Assembly (NCBI RefSeq): GCF_009914755.1
Contig: NC_060943.1
DNA length: 64,000 nt
DNA from: the human T2T-CHM13v2.0 reference genome, Homo sapiens
Direction: 5' to 3' (one strand)
Under the pieces are notes generated by a model. It was given only the letters and a program-made list of their open reading frames with translations. It was not told where the DNA came from and ran no database searches. Shown here one piece after another: positions 18,623-64,000 of the stretch. The translations under genes were made by a program, and so were the position numbers. Positions within the stretch are counted from its first letter, which is position 1, and every line of letters starts with the position of its first letter.

Positions 18623-18626
18623 AAAA

Positions 18627-19241
18627 TGTTCTGTATGGGAAACGTGGGAGAGGAGAAGAAAAGACATACATACAATACCTTTAATGGTAAACAAGCTTTA
18701 ACCCACATCAATATCAATGCAGACAGAATAAACTAATGATATAATAAGCAAATGATATAATAAGCAAATAAATATAATACACAGATTGATATAATAAGCA
18801 AATTGCAGTAAGAAGAGGAGATGGGAAAAGATATATATATATATTTACCCTCACTAGACTATGGAGGATTACCAACTGAGTAGGAAGAAACAGCCCAGGC
18901 TCCAGAGTCGGCCACCCATTCATGCACAGACAAGGAGTCTCATGAAGCTTCAGGGTGGTCTGGGACCCTAGCTCTTTTGTAACGAGTTGTTTGGCATAAG
19001 GCCCAGTGAGGAGGGCCATTTGGGACTTGCCTCACGGAACACAAAAGGGTCAAGTTGTTTTTGTGATTGTCTATTGTTTTTCAACAACTAATGTATAGTA
19101 ATAGAATGAAATAGACATTTCTTTGATACAGCTCTGGATGAACACCTCAGGGGCTCACAACCAGGACCTGTTATGGGACTTGGTGACCATTGTGTCCACG
19201 TTCAATTGAGTTCAAATTTAACATTTAACTTTTCCTCCATA
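18627..19241 (-). mobile_element. 5' LTR (about 615 bp) of the class III provirus
   Basis: Shares CCACGTTCAATTGAGTTCAAATTTAA..TTTAACTTTTCC with 14582-14621; adjacent to the PBS; internal ATGATATAATAAGCAA repeats at 18737-18802. Confidence 0.85.
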
Positions 19242-19310
19242 AATTCTCCTGTCTTCATGAATTGGCTCTGTCTAGGCAAAGGGCAAAATGAACCCCTTGG
19301 GCTGTTACAT

Positions 19311-19554
<244 letters not shown>

Positions 19555-20004
19555 TAGCAGTTTGAAATTACTTAAAGGTTGTTTCAAGTTGAAAAAATAA
19601 GAAGAATGTGGATAAAAATAAAATATAAATAGATAAAAAAATTACAGGGATTACAAAATATATATGTAAATCTGGAGTGGTCAAAAATGACAAATTTGAT
19701 TTATTTATAAGGTTTTATTAAAATTAGCTTTAATCGTTAATACACTATTACCAAAGTAAAAGCTGATTTTCTCTTGAACAAAAATTTTATGTATTATTAA
19801 TATGACAGCAAAATACTTCTGTTCACCTTTGAATACATTCAACAAGACAGAGAGTAAAAAAGAGATAAAATGTTCCCATGCTCTGGCATGGACCAGGCTC
19901 AGCTCTGGGAGGAAGCCCTGCCTGAAAAGGCTGCAGCTTAGGCTGTCACTCTTTTCTTCACTCCGCCCAGCAGCTGATCACATCTTCTGTCACTCAGTGT
20001 CTGA

Positions 20005-20100
20005 GGGGGCGGGACCTTAAGCATTAGCCAATCAGAGGCGCTGGGCTGGAAACCGTCCAATCAGGCACGCAGCTGGAATGAACAGGACGGCTTCCGGATT
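20005..20100 (+). promoter_or_regulatory. Core promoter of the ZNF gene (GC box, 2x CCAAT, ETS motif)
   Basis: GGGGGCGGGA at 20005, CCAATCAG at 20028 and 20057, CTTCCGG at 20091; locally CpG-rich, no TATA; about 160 bp upstream of the ATG. Confidence 0.8.
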
Positions 20101-20257
20101 TGGCGGGGTCTTTGTCTCTCCCGGCAGCTGGAGCTCCAGGTAGTGTGTTCACTGCTCTCTGTCTTCTTCTCCTAGAGGCCCAGCCTCTGTGGCCCTGTGT
20201 CCTGCAGGTATTGGGAGATCCACAGCTAAGACGCCAGGACCCCCTGGAAGCCTAGAA

Positions 20258-51365
<31,108 letters not shown>

Positions 51366-51383
51366 ACAATTTTCAATCAATTC

Positions 51384-57808
<6,425 letters not shown>

Positions 57809-57809
57809 A

Positions 57810-58560
57810 CCATTTCTTAATTCTTAAGAGATTTGGTGATAATTCCTGCCGAAGAAGAACTCTACAAACCTAAAAAACATGTGACAGTGCTTTTACCAAC
57901 ACCTCCAAATTCTCTATGTATAACAATAATTATTGTGGTGTGAAACCCTAGAATTATATATAATGTGACATAGCCTTTATGTGGTTGCCACACTTGATTG
58001 TAGGTAAGACTGCAAAACTCCTACTGTCATACTGGCAAAACTCCTACAAGTTTGAAGAATGTGGCAAAACATTTAATCAGTTCTTACCCCTTATTTCACA
58101 GGAAAGCTATTATCCTTGAGAAAAATTGTACAAATATAAGGAATATGGAAAAACCATTAATTCCTACTCACATCTTAACATAAAAAGGTTCCTTTTAATA
58201 AAAGCATTAAAAGTGCAATTACTGTCAAAAAAATCTTTCAGAATCTATAAGCCTTTAAAATGAAGAAAAGTATTTATTTTGAAGACAACTATTACAACTA
58301 TAAAGGGGGTTATAGCGCATTTACTTGTTGCACACATTTGTACCAGAGGAAAACAGTGAAGCAATTGCTCAAGCTTTGTTCAACATCAGGGAATTTATGT
58401 TGGAGATTAGTCCTGCAAATGTAATAAGTTTAGAAACACTTTTTTTTTTTTTCAGAAACAACAGCTTAGAAAACACCAGAGAGTTTATACTAAAGTATAA
58501 TTTTGCAGATGCAGTAAATATAAAAACAATTCAAAATAGAATGTATATAAATGTCAGAAT
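57810..58560 (+). other. Decayed zinc-finger repeats in the 3'UTR (distal part, resuming after the L1/Alu)
   Basis: e.g. CATACTGGCAAAACTCCTACAAGTTTGAAGAATGTGGCAAAACATTTAATCAG near 58028-58080. Confidence 0.75.
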
Positions 58561-59126
58561 TTACAGTAGAATAACTAAGGCACTGACACTTAAGACATTA
58601 CACTAAATCAGAGTGTTGAGTATAAAAACTAATCCACAACTACAGTTTTTAGATAAATGATTTGTATGTAACTTTAAAAAGATTTTTGGAAGCATTGTAA
58701 TTACATTGAAAGTACACTTGTTTCCTTGAATAAAATTTTTTGAAAACTGAATAATGATATAATACAGCTTTCAAATTACTTCATGCTGTTAATTTATTCC
58801 TGTTTTATTCACATGTGAAAGCATGTGATCAATTGCTGCTGCATTAGAGATATTAGATATTTTTAAAAATTATTTGGATATTATGACCTTTTCTATAAAA
58901 GAATAAGGACATTAAAATGTAAGATGCATAATGAAAATATAAGTGGAGAGGTTCTTTGTAGTAAACCTCTATTAAGTATAAGGTAAATGTTCAGAGCAAT
59001 ACTTTTCTACATTATAGTGTCACAAGGAAATAATTATAGTTAAAAGTATATTAAAATAAAATAGTATATTATTTTACTAATTGTACTTTTATGTAATGAA
59101 ATACAGTACATTTAAAAATTGCTAGG

Positions 59127-62729
<3,603 letters not shown>

Positions 62730-62992
62730 TAGAGTGAATTAACAAAAGATTTGTTTTTCAAAAAAGCAAATGGATAAAATTAATGGGTAACAGATGCCAT
62801 TAGCTGCTAAAAAATAGTATGACTAAATTTAGTAAGTATCTAGCTATGCAAATAACAGCCCAATTAAATTAAGACCCTAATAGGTGCATGTGGAAAGCAT
62901 TGATGTGCAGTGTGGTGCACCTCCACTCAGCATTTTCTTCTACCTTTTTACAGAGATACCAATTCTTCCTCAGTTACTCAGGGTCCATACTG

Positions 62993-63571
62993 GGTTAGAA
63001 ATGCTTGTTCTCTGGTGCCATAAGGAAATAGCACTCGAACATTAATTTTCTTAGCAAGGCCATTTTTACTTTTTGCGGAAAGTGTGCACTCTTCAGCAGT
63101 TTTGCCATCAAAGTACATCAAACAAAGGAGACAAGGTCATTTATAACCTGACACATCCTTTCTACTGCTGTGTCTAGTTTTCATTGGCTGAAACAAGACC
63201 TCAAATTCTGTATTTCCCCCCATTGTTTAGCGACTTAGAACTTTTTAAAAGAGGCAAAGGCAGAGGAGAATGAAGGAAGGAGGAAGTAACTTGTGGAATG
63301 CTGAGAAAGGTAAAAACACCAAATAAGGAAGAGTAACAGGCTATGACCTAATGCTTGCTTGGACTAGTATAAGCATGCCAGGGCAAATATTTAGGCTAAA
63401 TTGTGGGAGCTAAGAAGAAAGTACATTGATTTTTTTATTATGGCTGGCAGATATTTAAGAATGTTAGCACAGGACTTTGAATAAATTTTGCTTCTAAGAG
63501 AAGTTACTGTTTATTCCTAATTAGATGGGGAGGAAAGTCTTTGAAGAGGAACCTCTACTTTACTTTTTGCA
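62993..63571 (-). mobile_element. Solo LTR10C-like (HERV-I family), antisense
   Basis: Minus-strand start TGCAAAAAGTAAAGTAGAGGTTCCTCTTCAAAGACTTTCC and end CAAGCATTTCTAAC; TSD unclear. Confidence 0.8.
63351..63380. promoter_or_regulatory. Candidate p53 response element (three contiguous half-sites)
   Basis: ATGCTTGCTT-GGACTAGTAT-AAGCATGCCA: each is 9/10 to RRRCWWGYYY with an intact CWWG core and no spacer. Confidence 0.7.
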
Positions 63572-63844
63572 CTTGGAACAGAGAGTGCTGTGTTCAGAGT
63601 GATTACCGAAAACATGGCTAATACACATCTTCCATATGATAATAAAATGTTATAAATCTTACTCTGCCTCAGAAAAGCTTTTACTAAAAGATTATCTATG
63701 GTAATCAATTTGAGTTCATGGAAAATTTCAATATTCCACATAATTCAGACAGTTAAATGTCAATGAAATCTCAAAACATTTGAATAAGATAAAGTCTTCT
63801 TAGTGAAGAATTTTATATTACCGGTAGTTAGAAAAAAAAGAAAA

Positions 63845-64000
63845 CCAGGCTGAATGCGGTGGCTCATGCCTGTAATCTCAGCACTTTGGGAGGCTGAGGC
63901 AGGTGGATCACCTATGGTCTAGAGCTCGAGACCAGCCTGACTAACATGGTGAGACCCCCATCTCTACTAAAAATACAAAAAATTAGCTGGGCATGGTGGC
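63845..64000 (+). mobile_element. Alu, cut by the window end
   Basis: GGTGGCTCATGCCTGTAATC...ACTAAAAATACAAAAAATTAGC. Confidence 0.9.

Noticed and set aside
18735-18845. ATGATATAATAAGCAA repeats and a (TA)n run
   Set aside because: Internal to the LTR and probably a family feature.

Overview
Primate (human-like) genomic DNA, very rich in repeats, from a ZNF91-subfamily KRAB zinc-finger cluster (19p12-like). It holds one four-exon KRAB-C2H2 gene on the + strand (ATG 20258, KRAB-A 36312-36438, KRAB-B 37586-37681, finger exon 49628-51123). The spliced product is 573 aa, which I recognise from memory as ZNF66. Upstream are a V1R pseudogene split by an LTR10-like solo LTR, a frameshifted fragment of a short H2A-variant histone, a nested L1/LTR2/LTR10 pile-up, and a class III (tRNA-Ser PBS) provirus with dUTPase and env remnants lying head-to-head with the ZNF promoter. 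Intron 1 carries an antisense BNIP3 processed pseudogene. About 400 bp after the stop codon, a full-length L1PA3/4-type LINE-1 that keeps the ZNF93-target 5'UTR segment has inserted into an antisense Alu and splits the decayed-finger 3'UTR. An LTR10C-like solo LTR with a tandem p53 element lies near the end. About 40 Alus are present. I cannot demonstrate a new biological system from sequence alone; the best leads are the 3'UTR L1, the short-H2A relic and the ERV architecture. Repeat subfamily names are from recall and need RepeatMasker/Dfam confirmation.
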